Source: a virus
Lineage: Duplodnaviria; Caudoviricetes
DNA: 25,016 nucleotides
Strand: one strand, 5' to 3'
IMG/VR virus record: IMGVR_UViG_3300035135_003292
Span: 1-25,016 of that record
The translations under genes and the position numbers were made by a program. Positions 16,233 through 24,501 of the stretch are shown here, in pieces (the first letter of the stretch is position 1; every line of letters starts with the position of its first letter). The notes beneath the pieces were generated by a model. It was given only the letters and a program-made list of their open reading frames with translations, had not been told where the DNA came from and did not search any database.

Positions 16233-18056
16233 TTAACCTGCATTCATATCTGAGATACGCTTAGCAAACGCACTCGTAAAGTGTTTGTTTGTTTTATCTT
16301 TACCACCATAAGCTGATAAGTTAACCATTTTATCTAGATCAACAGCGCCTTCAACTTCAGGTTGTAAATACATGCGGCCTCTACCGGCATTGAACATACT
16401 TTCAATTTCGCCTTTATCTCTTGGTCTAGCTGGTTTTAAGGTTACTGTTAAAATCATTTTAGATGGGAAACCTTCATAACCTAATGGCCCCTCAAACTCA
16501 ACATTACTTGACTCTAAGGCTAAGTTACCAACTACCATCATAGGATTCATTGGATTACCAATTGTTACGTGCCACATACCAGTAGGATCACCTGAAATAA
16601 ATGAGGCTGCTACCGCTGCACCTTGTGGTGAGTTAAACATTTTCATTAGACCACCGCCAATAAGGTTGTCCATAATCTTAGAATCACCAAGTGCATTTAG
16701 ATCACCACCAGCAATAGCGTTTTTAATTGCGGCGCCGGCATCAGCAAAGGCCGAAGCAGCTCCTTTAAGTTGATCACCAATAGAAGTTAAGAAGCCTTCA
16801 TAGTCACCACTTTTTAGTTTTTGAAAATCACCAAATGGCGGTACAGTTGAACCATTACCTAAGTATCTAGTAGCTCCTCCCCAAAATGGTGCGTTATTAT
16901 AAGTTAAGGCTAAAACATTTGAAAGTGTATCCATAAATGCCACCTTCGGACTTGTATTAGGAAGACCTTTAAGGTCATAATGAAACTTGAGCGTAAACTC
17001 TTGATTAAATTCTAGACCTTGCTCTCTAGTTAAAACTTTTTTAATAACATTAAGAGGTCCATAGACTTTGTTAGGATATGTTTCAGTAGTTGGATCCCAA
17101 CCTGCACCCTTTTCTTTAATTCTAGCAGCTTGATCGGCACTATAACCATTTACACCCGCGTTAATTGCGCTGGCCAATGGGCTACCGTCAATCATTGAAC
17201 CCACCTTGTTGTTATTTGTGCTTGATGAAGTTACTTTCTGTAATTCTGATTCAACTTCTTTCCAACTAAACTTAGTACCAAACTTAAGAACCTCTTTCAT
17301 GTCGTTACCTAATTTAGGTGACATCCAGGTAATAGCTCTGGCCAAATCAGGTTGTGAACCATCTATAAGTTTACCATCATTACCAGGTGTTAACATATTT
17401 TTTAAGTCATCACCCACTGGATATGCAAACCTTCTAAGAGTAATCATATAATCATTAGAGATTTTACCGTAATGTTCACATTGTAAAAAATCGGTTTCAG
17501 TGTAAGTATAACCTAAACTTTTTTCGTTTATAGAATCTTGAATAATGTTTCTAGCTGTTGGATCTGGAGCATCGGCTTCATGGTAATAATAAACAGCTTT
17601 ATTGTAATTATCAACTTGAGAACCTGTATCATCAAAGCTGCCCATCACATGGTTTTTATATTTGTGCAAAGCCCAGTGGTTAAATAGAGATCTTACACCT
17701 TGGCCACCTGGAATTGTTTGACCAGACTTTTCAGTCTTAGTACCACCTTCACCGCTAACTTCTTTGCCGACTGTATATGATCTAGCATCTAGCTCTACAT
17801 TACCATACCTGCTAGCTCTACTTGCTTCTGGGTCGTTAGGGTCAAAAGTAGTATTACCTTGAGCAACTGGTTGTGCAGCTTCTTCTGGTGGAGTTGGAGG
17901 TGTGTAAAATATAATTTGCTCACCGCCATTTTCCCAAGTACCATCTTCTTGTTTGTTCGTACCAGAGTGGCGGAGATCGAACTCAGTGTCAGGATCGTCA
18001 GCTGACTTAACTTTGTAATAGATTTCATCTATATTAGATACGAATATTAGAGCCAT
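16233..18056 (-). CDS. Putative baseplate-tail tube junction protein (gp48/gp54-like)
   Basis: First gene of the structural block after tandem GATATATA motifs; 'QEFTLKFHYDL' and 'NLALESSNVEF...GFPSKMILTVTLK' resemble tube-cap folds; directly upstream of gp53-like as in T4-like modules. Confidence 0.45.
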   Translation of the reverse strand: MALIFVSNIDEIYYKVKSADDPDTEFDLRHSGTNKQEDGTWENGGEQIIFYTPPTPPEEAAQPVAQGNTTFDPNDPEASRASRYGNVELDARSYTVGKEVSGEGGTKTEKSGQTIPGGQGVRSLFNHWALHKYKNHVMGSFDDTGSQVDNYNKAVYYYHEADAPDPTARNIIQDSINEKSLGYTYTETDFLQCEHYGKISNDYMITLRRFAYPVGDDLKNMLTPGNDGKLIDGSQPDLARAITWMSPKLGNDMKEVLKFGTKFSWKEVESELQKVTSSSTNNNKVGSMIDGSPLASAINAGVNGYSADQAARIKEKGAGWDPTTETYPNKVYGPLNVIKKVLTREQGLEFNQEFTLKFHYDLKGLPNTSPKVAFMDTLSNVLALTYNNAPFWGGATRYLGNGSTVPPFGDFQKLKSGDYEGFLTSIGDQLKGAASAFADAGAAIKNAIAGGDLNALGDSKIMDNLIGGGLMKMFNSPQGAAVAASFISGDPTGMWHVTIGNPMNPMMVVGNLALESSNVEFEGPLGYEGFPSKMILTVTLKPARPRDKGEIESMFNAGRGRMYLQPEVEGAVDLDKMVNLSAYGGKDKTNKHFTSAFAKRISDMNAG

Positions 18057-18074
18057 GTAAAACCTTATTTTTAA

Positions 18075-18082
18075 TATATATC
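18075..18082 (-). promoter_or_regulatory. Putative late promoter (GATATATA)
   Basis: Exact octamer ~19 nt upstream of the ATG at 18056. Confidence 0.55.
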
Positions 18083-18121
18083 GCGGCCAATATAATAACT
18101 TAATATAATTTGACCTTTATC

Positions 18122-18129
18122 TATATATC
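18122..18129 (-). promoter_or_regulatory. Second (tandem) putative late promoter (GATATATA)
   Basis: Exact octamer overlapping the TGA stop of the 198-aa gene. Confidence 0.45.
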
Positions 18130-18724
18130 AAACCCATTCTACATCGTCCATCTCACCAGATTCTGGTCTATAGAGAAGTTCGTCAGCCCAATCTTTTTGT
18201 TTTGGAAATCTGTCACCTAAGAATTTTTTAAGGGCTGCGACATATTCACCCTTGGCATCAAATCTAAATTCACCTGAATATGTAGATCTGTTACTAAGCT
18301 CATAGAGCTCTTTTAAGCACATCTCTATTTGAAATGTTTGGATATTATTAAACAGTTGGATCTGTTCTTCTCGCGTCTTTGTACAGAATACTGAGTCAAC
18401 TGTGATTAGATAGTTCTTCCATTTCTCTCCGTTAAATATATTGTCTTCAATATCTTTAACGGTATTATAGTTAGTCCTTTTAAGATTAATTTTAGTGTCT
18501 TTACCCTCAAAGTTTTTAATAAACCTACCACCAAATAGATTCTTTTTTAAGAAGTATGCGTTGTCGTAGAATTTCTTAATTCTAATTTGATACTGAGGAT
18601 TTACATCGTCGAATTTGACGTCGTAAATGGTGGCTCTAACTGGTATAAGAAGATTAGGTTGTTGCGTAGTAGAGATTAGAGCCTGAATTTGTTCACCCTT
18701 GGCAAATAATCTATGCTTAATCAT
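18128..18724 (-). CDS. Hypothetical protein
   Basis: 198 aa ORF overlapping the upstream gene by 8 nt (ATGATTAA). Confidence 0.75.
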   Translation of the reverse strand: MIKHRLFAKGEQIQALISTTQQPNLLIPVRATIYDVKFDDVNPQYQIRIKKFYDNAYFLKKNLFGGRFIKNFEGKDTKINLKRTNYNTVKDIEDNIFNGEKWKNYLITVDSVFCTKTREEQIQLFNNIQTFQIEMCLKELYELSNRSTYSGEFRFDAKGEYVAALKKFLGDRFPKQKDWADELLYRPESGEMDDVEWV

Positions 18725-19121
18725 TGTCTATAAATTTGACGTTATCAAACTTACTTAAAACGCCACGCTTAGGATAGTCACAACGATTAACGATAATTAG
18801 ATCAAAATTAACTTCACGATCAATTGCTAAATCTTGCATAAAGTCTTTAAACCCTGCAACTGTTTTTGCGTCAAGATCTTTAAACATATAGACTATGTTA
18901 ATTTCATCCTGTTCTATTAAATCGTTAAAAAGTTTTTGTAGCATTTTACGAATATAGAGTGCTACAATAATAGATGAAGGCTCAGAGCTATATGGATCGC
19001 TTTTAATTAAACGATTGTAAATATCGAAATAAGATACGGACAGGTCGTAGTCTTTTGATTTTGACATCTTGTCAAATTCAGTTCGAGTTTTACACCATAC
19101 GCCTTCAACTTTTAATGTCAT
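18717..19121 (-). CDS. Hypothetical protein (alpha/beta pattern)
   Basis: 134 aa ORF, ATGA-coupled to the upstream gene. Confidence 0.72.
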   Translation of the reverse strand: MTLKVEGVWCKTRTEFDKMSKSKDYDLSVSYFDIYNRLIKSDPYSSEPSSIIVALYIRKMLQKLFNDLIEQDEINIVYMFKDLDAKTVAGFKDFMQDLAIDREVNFDLIIVNRCDYPKRGVLSKFDNVKFIDND

Positions 19122-19441
19122 TCCTTAACCATTGATCTCAGCGTCTCGATAGATTTCTCTAATTGCTGGATCCTATTCTTTAATTCTGTTTGAGTAGGTA
19201 CATATTTGTTACCCCACTCTGTTTTAATCACCAACTTATCTGAATCTAGGTCATTACCTGTAGCAATACCTAGATCCAGAATTAAGTCTGTTAAAAATTT
19301 AGCCTGATTGAATCTAGCATTTTTACCTTCAAACTCATAGACAATTCTAGAAGTATACTCTTCTCCACCACCGTTGACATTATCGTCGAACAGAAATTTG
19401 ATAACACCGTTATCAGCCGGTTCAATGCTAACTGTAATCAT
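19118..19441 (-). CDS. Hypothetical protein with C-terminal coiled coil
   Basis: 107 aa; heptad pattern 'LKNRIQQLEKSIETL'. Confidence 0.72.
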   Translation of the reverse strand: MITVSIEPADNGVIKFLFDDNVNGGGEEYTSRIVYEFEGKNARFNQAKFLTDLILDLGIATGNDLDSDKLVIKTEWGNKYVPTQTELKNRIQQLEKSIETLRSMVKE

Positions 19442-19450
19442 TCTAAATAA

Positions 19451-19843
19451 TTATTTGTTTCTAGCTTCTCTTGAAGCTTTTACCTCTGCCAATAGTTGCT
19501 TAGCACGTTTTTTATCTTCACGATAAGTTTCCTTATCTTTAATAGCTCTACAAGCCCATGCTTCTTCAAGCTTCGCCATTTCTTCTTTATTGTAGCCTTG
19601 TTCAGTCCACTGTGCTTTTAAACCATCAAGAATTGCTTCTAATCTAGCAGCATTTAATTCTTCATTACGCTTTGTATTTTCAGCGTGAATCTTTTTGCCA
19701 TACGCAATATTTTCTTGACGTACTTTAGATCTAACTTCACCAAAATATGGCATTTTACTTAGTGCTTTGAGAATTCCTTGTGCCTTCATCATTGCACGAC
19801 GTTGACGACGATTAGGCGTCGATTGTTGTTGCTGTTGTTCCAT
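19451..19843 (-). CDS. Basic helical hypothetical protein with N-terminal Arg-rich motif
   Basis: 130 aa, K/R-rich, contains 'PNRRQRRA'. Confidence 0.72.
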   Translation of the reverse strand: MEQQQQQSTPNRRQRRAMMKAQGILKALSKMPYFGEVRSKVRQENIAYGKKIHAENTKRNEELNAARLEAILDGLKAQWTEQGYNKEEMAKLEEAWACRAIKDKETYREDKKRAKQLLAEVKASREARNK

Positions 19844-20375
19844 TATAATAAGATTTAATGTATGACTCGATCTGTTCTTTTAATTGATCTCTTAAATTAT
19901 CTATCTGACTCTCTACAAGCAGGCCAATCTGCTCATTAAGGTCCTTTTTTGTAATATCCATTTGATCTTTTAGTAGATCATAAACCTGCTTTGATGGAAT
20001 ATTAACTTTAACTGGCATTTCTGCTTGATTTTTCGCGCTCATTTTTCTAAGCATCTCCATCATCACATTAACCTCTTCTTTAACTTCAGGTTTTGGTGCA
20101 GGTGTAGTTTTAACCTCAACGTTAGCTGATCGATTGACATTTATGTTCGCAGTTGGATTAAAAGAGATGGCTAGGTTTTTAGCCTCTTGTTCACTTGAAG
20201 TTTTTAGAAGGTACTCGTCAACTAATTCTCTATTACACCTAGTACCATCCGTGAAGTTCATCCATTTTGAATCAGGTTTCGTAGTGTCTTCTTGAACTAT
20301 GTCACCTGCGCGTTCTGATTTACCCCAAACATAGAAAACCTCAGCTTGAGTTGTGTCTTGCTGTTGTGTGCTCAT
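19812..20375 (-). CDS. Hypothetical protein (187 aa, start revised to MSTQQQ)
   Basis: The ATG at 20375 follows an A-rich leader (AAACAAAAAATAAT) just after the upstream stop; the track start at 20438 lies inside the upstream gene. Confidence 0.7.
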   Translation of the reverse strand: MSTQQQDTTQAEVFYVWGKSERAGDIVQEDTTKPDSKWMNFTDGTRCNRELVDEYLLKTSSEQEAKNLAISFNPTANINVNRSANVEVKTTPAPKPEVKEEVNVMMEMLRKMSAKNQAEMPVKVNIPSKQVYDLLKDQMDITKKDLNEQIGLLVESQIDNLRDQLKEQIESYIKSYYNGTTATTIDA

Positions 20376-20388
20376 ATTATTTTTTGTT

Positions 20389-20613
20389 TTACGCTTTTGT
20401 AGAGCCTGAAACGTCCACATTATCAGATCTACTAACATTATATGTCTGATTTATAAATTGTTTAATAAATTCAATTGACTCACTTGGGCCAATCACTGCA
20501 TCTCTACGCTGATAAGTTTCTACCCATCTTTTCAAGAAAGCCTGATTGCCATGTGTCGTTAAATACTCTTTTAGTTCGTTTACCTCTGGAAGGTACATCT
20601 TGTTAAATCCCAT
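20389..20613 (-). CDS. Small hypothetical protein
   Basis: 74 aa ORF filling the gap, starting 3 nt after the oxygenase stop. Confidence 0.65.
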   Translation of the reverse strand: MGFNKMYLPEVNELKEYLTTHGNQAFLKRWVETYQRRDAVIGPSESIEFIKQFINQTYNVSRSDNVDVSGSTKA

Positions 20614-20616
20614 ATA

Positions 20617-21198
20617 TTAGTTTTTAGTGTCAAAGAAAAAAGTTTGAAATAGTCTACCGTTATACATATCAGTACCAAAATAATCAAGTGATGTGTGAAA
20701 AAGATCACCTTGATAGATGACCAAACGATTATATACGTTACCTATAAAGTCAGTCATTTCCCACTTTGTCATATCTTGTGAATCTTGGTAGATTACGTCG
20801 ACTAGTTCTTGGTTCACTGAACCATCATCTAGCCTCGGCATTTTATATGCACCAGTTGCTTTATGTTTAAAAAGTCCTGTGCCACCACTAAGCGGCGCAT
20901 TTGGAGTTAAGTATAAAACGCCAGCCCATTTATTGTGTTGATCTGCATGAATCCAACTACGATCATATTGTGTTGCATATTGATATGCTCCAGTATATTC
21001 GGTGTTAAGCCATGTAATTTCACCGTGAAGAGGTACAATGTGTTTTTCAATATGTGCCTTAATGCTATCATTTAAGAACGGTGCAGTACGAGCACCTGGG
21101 AAATTACCTGTCACATTAAATTCTTGCTTTAATGCAAACTCTCTAACCTCATCAGGATTAGAATAAAAATTGTCGATTACGATTGATGTATATGCCAT
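20617..21198 (-). CDS. 2OG-Fe(II) oxygenase superfamily protein (DUF6445-like)
   Basis: 'IVIDNFYSNPDEVREFAL', HxD 'WIHAD', 'WAGVLYL', 'GGT', 'YNRLVIY...FHTS' (distal His) and 'RLFQTFF' (2OG-binding Arg). Confidence 0.85.
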   Translation of the reverse strand: MAYTSIVIDNFYSNPDEVREFALKQEFNVTGNFPGARTAPFLNDSIKAHIEKHIVPLHGEITWLNTEYTGAYQYATQYDRSWIHADQHNKWAGVLYLTPNAPLSGGTGLFKHKATGAYKMPRLDDGSVNQELVDVIYQDSQDMTKWEMTDFIGNVYNRLVIYQGDLFHTSLDYFGTDMYNGRLFQTFFFDTKN

Positions 21199-22925
21199 TA
21201 TTTTATAGTCTTAAGTCTTTCCATAAATGAAGGTGGAAAGAACCCCTCTTTATTTATCAGGTTCCTAAAGCTAGCATCCAGGACATATGTAATCGCCCAA
21301 TCATCTTCACTTCTAACAGATCTTCCAACACCTTGCATAATGCTAATACCTGTTTTCCAATCATACCACTCATTTGATATGTTTAATTTTGCTTTGATCA
21401 ATGGATCGCCCAAACTTGGATATGGTACCTTAAAGAAGATTTGAAAACGACTAGTCTCATCCTTTAAGTCAAGCCCTTCTAACAATGAAGGACCCATTAA
21501 AACACCATCATTACTCTTCTTAAAAAGCTCAAGCATGTCGGCTTTTTCTTTAGAGTTTTCATAGTCTATAAACCTAAACGTGTGTTTGCTATTACTCTTA
21601 ATAAAATTAGTAAACTCATAAGAGCCAGTATGTACAATACCTCTTTGTCCTTTATGTTTGTCAATAATCTGGTCCAAGATAGCGACAACGTATGGAAGAT
21701 TCTTTTCTTTTTCACGATAAGTTAGTTTATGTCTATTTATAAAAACCACAGGTGATTTGTCGTAGTTAAACGCGTTATCAACCCGGATAAACTTTGCACC
21801 TTTAATACCCATAATTCTAGCAAAAGAACGAGGATCTCCAATGGTGGCACTCATAAAGACTTTAAAGCCTGATTTTTCATGTAAGTATTTGTTGACCATA
21901 AGTGCTTCTTCAACACACTTAAAGGTCGACTCTTCTGGTCTCTGATCAAGAACCATTTTGCTAACGCCGACTTGCTTGATTAGATCTATGTAATCCTCAA
22001 ATTTACAGTGTACATCTTTAAAGCGATCAAAGTTACCAAATGCTTTTTGCCAATCTCTTGGAATTGTCCGATCTCTGTAACGCTTCTTAGCCTCTTTGTT
22101 ACCCTCTTTTCTCATTTGTCCAAAAGAGTGTAAAACTCTTTCAAATTCTTGCATCGCAGTAAAGACTTCATTTTTATCACCATGCATCATAGAGCGAACC
22201 ATACTCTCTAAGCGCCCTCGAGTCCATGATGATTCAGCGAAACCTTGACGTGATGCAAAGCGTCCAACTTCTAACATACGATCCACGATCGCGGGTTCAA
22301 TTCTAGGACTGAAGTGACTCTGTACTATCTCATCTACCTTATGAGCCTCGTCAAAAAAGACAAAGTCTCTTTTTTCAAAAGGAACTGTTCGCTCCTCTTG
22401 AATCATTTTAGCCTCAACATAGTTACGTTGAATCAACCAAAATGAGTAGTTAAGCAGTGCGACAGGTTGCTCAATCGCTCGTCTACGATTTTGTAAGTAC
22501 TCACATGAATTATAACATGGAAGCTTTTCAGCTTGATCATAACCCATGCCTTTGAGTTTACAATCACCAAGGGAAAATGGTAGCCCGTTTACAGAGCACT
22601 CATAATTATCAACACCTCGAATTGAAGGCCAGTTCAACTTGAGCCTCATGAAGTCCGACTCGTATTGATCTTGTAATGAAAGATCGCTTGTGATAAGATA
22701 GCCTCGGTTGCCCAACTCTTTGAGCACGTATGAAGCCCACATTGCGATAAGCGATTTGCCTGAGCCCGTCGGTGCATCGATGACGACTGTTGAGTTTGGA
22801 TCTTCTAGATAAGCTTCGCATATTTTTGTAATAATTTCTCTTTGGTTCTTTCTAAATTGAAAGTCCTGGCCAAATACGCCCTTCTGAAGAGCTGTTTCGA
22901 TAATTGTGTTTATAGATCGTTCCAA
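21198..22925 (-). CDS. SF2 DinG/Rad3/XPD-family helicase with putative Fe-S cluster
   Basis: Q motif 'FRKNQ', Walker A 'APTGSGKS', 'DEAH', motif III 'SAT', 'KVPYP', motif VI 'QGVGRSVRSEDD'; four Cys between motifs Ia and II; TTG start overlapping the upstream gene. Confidence 0.9.
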   Translation of the reverse strand: MERSINTIIETALQKGVFGQDFQFRKNQREIITKICEAYLEDPNSTVVIDAPTGSGKSLIAMWASYVLKELGNRGYLITSDLSLQDQYESDFMRLKLNWPSIRGVDNYECSVNGLPFSLGDCKLKGMGYDQAEKLPCYNSCEYLQNRRRAIEQPVALLNYSFWLIQRNYVEAKMIQEERTVPFEKRDFVFFDEAHKVDEIVQSHFSPRIEPAIVDRMLEVGRFASRQGFAESSWTRGRLESMVRSMMHGDKNEVFTAMQEFERVLHSFGQMRKEGNKEAKKRYRDRTIPRDWQKAFGNFDRFKDVHCKFEDYIDLIKQVGVSKMVLDQRPEESTFKCVEEALMVNKYLHEKSGFKVFMSATIGDPRSFARIMGIKGAKFIRVDNAFNYDKSPVVFINRHKLTYREKEKNLPYVVAILDQIIDKHKGQRGIVHTGSYEFTNFIKSNSKHTFRFIDYENSKEKADMLELFKKSNDGVLMGPSLLEGLDLKDETSRFQIFFKVPYPSLGDPLIKAKLNISNEWYDWKTGISIMQGVGRSVRSEDDWAITYVLDASFRNLINKEGFFPPSFMERLKTIK

Positions 22926-23416
22926 CAGATAACTTCATTTACTTCGATTCCAGCCTTTTCTAATAGTTCAACACCGCTCATATCACGATAGTCTTCAGAG
23001 TAATAAACTCGACTAATACCTGCCTGAATAATTAGCTTAGCACAATCAAAACAAGGTGCAGTCGTTGTATATAGATCTGCACCATCTGATGTTAAAGTAG
23101 ACTTGGCTAATTTAGTGATAGCATTTGATTCAGCGTGTAAAACTTCTTGCTTAGTCACTACTTTACTACAACATCCATCCTCACATTTATAGCCCTTGTC
23201 CATTAATGTCATGGCGTGGTCAGGATTGTCGTAATACCTAATTTGATTCTCTTCGCAATCATTATCAAAACCGTGTGGTGTACCATTGTAACCAAATGAA
23301 ACGATTTGTTCATCTTTATCAATAACACAACCAACTCTACGTCTTTTAGCGTAACTAAGTTTAGCCGTTTGATATGCGATTTGCATATAAATAATTTCTA
23401 CTGGTATTCTTGGCAT
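22910..23416 (-). CDS. dCMP deaminase (Zn-dependent)
   Basis: 'GYNGTP', 'LHAESNAI' and 'PCFDC' motifs; start revised to MPRIP at 23416 because the track start lies inside the terminator stem. Confidence 0.92.
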   Translation of the reverse strand: MPRIPVEIIYMQIAYQTAKLSYAKRRRVGCVIDKDEQIVSFGYNGTPHGFDNDCEENQIRYYDNPDHAMTLMDKGYKCEDGCCSKVVTKQEVLHAESNAITKLAKSTLTSDGADLYTTTAPCFDCAKLIIQAGISRVYYSEDYRDMSGVELLEKAGIEVNEVICWNDL

Positions 23417-23430
23417 ATATCTCTTTAAAT

Positions 23431-23463
23431 AAAAAAGGTCCATGTATTATACATAGACCTTTT
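23431..23463 (-). terminator. Intrinsic terminator (possibly bidirectional)
   Basis: Minus strand AAAAGGTCTATGTA-TAA-TACATGGACCTTTT followed by TTATTT; 14-bp stem with one U-G pair; ~20 nt after the stop at 23485. Confidence 0.8.
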
Positions 23464-23484
23464 AAAAAGTTTATTGTAGACAGA

Positions 23485-23913
23485 TTAACCGTAAGTTGGT
23501 GCCTCAATAATATTCATGCTAATTAACTCATCAATAAGTTGAGTCCACGTTAATTTTAATGCATTTGGAATAATAGTTTTACTATCTTCTACTAAATCAC
23601 CACCGTCAAAGTAGTATGACTTACCATTATCTGCTGCTAAAGTAATTGCAGTACCAGTCATAAATTTACTAGGAATTCTTCTAGCACCTGAAAGTGCTCT
23701 AATTGCGTCTTTACCCCAACCTGAAAGATATTCTTGTTGTTGTGGATTTGAATCACTTCTAAGAGGATTTAGACCCATTGACATAAGTTCGTCTGCGTGA
23801 TCTCCGCCTTCTACTGCATAAAAATATGCAATAATAGCCTTTGCGATTGGCTCATCTCTACCTGCTTTTAGGCCTTCATTGATGAACTCTTCATATAGTT
23901 TTACGTGTTTCAT
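23485..23913 (-). CDS. Putative internal head protein with capsid-targeting-like N-terminus
   Basis: N-terminus MKHVKLYEEFINE resembles the T4 internal-protein targeting sequence MKTYQEFIAE. Confidence 0.6.
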   Translation of the reverse strand: MKHVKLYEEFINEGLKAGRDEPIAKAIIAYFYAVEGGDHADELMSMGLNPLRSDSNPQQQEYLSGWGKDAIRALSGARRIPSKFMTGTAITLAADNGKSYYFDGGDLVEDSKTIIPNALKLTWTQLIDELISMNIIEAPTYG

Positions 23914-23920
23914 ATCTGTA

Positions 23921-24472
23921 TTATTTTGACCAACCTTCTTTAAGCTCGTCGATTTTTTTTGCGTATGCTTCTTTCATAGAGTTACAGTTGGCTTCGTACA
24001 TTTCAACAGTCATTTCACCTTCTTTTACTGCTTCGTAAGCCTCTTCCATTGCTTTAGCCGCCAATGATGCTGCCAATGCTGCGTTCTCTTTCATGTAACC
24101 TTCTACAGTGTGATCTTCATAATCGTCGCTTTCGTAAGCTTGTGCTTCTGAACACGCAGCTTCGTAAGCTTCAGCCATCATTTCAGATACTGTTTTAGGC
24201 TCTTCCATGTCTTCTGACTCTTCTAACTCTTCAGACTCGTCATCATCGTCGTCTTCATCGTCATCATCGTCGTCATCATCGTCATCGTCATCGTCGTCTG
24301 ACTCTTCTGGTTCTTCAGCTAAAACGACTTCTTCTTCTCTTTCTTCCTCTTCAGTCTCGTCTTCAGTTTCTTCAACGTCTGCCGCAGCAACGTCTTCCAT
24401 TTCTGTTTCTTCTACTTGAGGACCTTTAACCTGAGCTGAATACTCCTCAAAAGATAATATTTTTCTTGCCAT
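23921..24472 (-). CDS. Highly acidic protein, putative prohead core/internal protein
   Basis: D/E-rich with a 20-residue acidic tract; N-terminus MARKILSFEEY; preceded by GATATATA. Confidence 0.6.
   Translation of the reverse strand: MARKILSFEEYSAQVKGPQVEETEMEDVAAADVEETEDETEEEEREEEVVLAEEPEESDDDDDDDDDDDDDDEDDDDDESEELEESEDMEEPKTVSEMMAEAYEAACSEAQAYESDDYEDHTVEGYMKENAALAASLAAKAMEEAYEAVKEGEMTVEMYEANCNSMKEAYAKKIDELKEGWSK
24239..24298 (-). repeat. Degenerate (GAY)n trinucleotide tract encoding D14-E-D5
   Basis: 60 nt of mixed GAC/GAT codons with one GAA. Confidence 0.9.
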
Positions 24473-24501
24473 GATACTATTGTATTATTTTATATTTAGA
24501 T

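Noticed and set aside
1-18056. Bacterial T6SS, eCIS or tailocin locus instead of a phage
   Set aside because: A gp13-like neck protein, capsid-targeting-like proteins, T4-like promoter motifs and dCMP deaminase point to a head-bearing phage; no Tss or Afp ATPase genes are present
20376-20438. Track start of the 208-aa ORF
   Set aside because: Overlaps the upstream gene; the ATG at 20375 has a clean A-rich leader
7817-22821. Short same-strand alternate-frame ORFs (7817, 9481, 12824, 15369, 17795, 22609)
   Set aside because: Nested within well-supported genes, with no recognisable motifs or separate initiation context
23417-23443. Track start of dCMP deaminase (MDLFYLKRY...)
   Set aside because: This ATG lies in the terminator stem; the ATG at 23416 gives a typical N-terminus
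4992-24419. All plus-strand ORFs in the track (4992, 6958, 8877, 9329, 12220, 12266, 13707, 15452, 17206, 24207)
   Set aside because: Short antisense shadows of long minus-strand genes; the poly-Ser ORF at 24207 and the Pro-rich ORF at 15452 simply mirror the poly-Asp and Gly/Ser tracts
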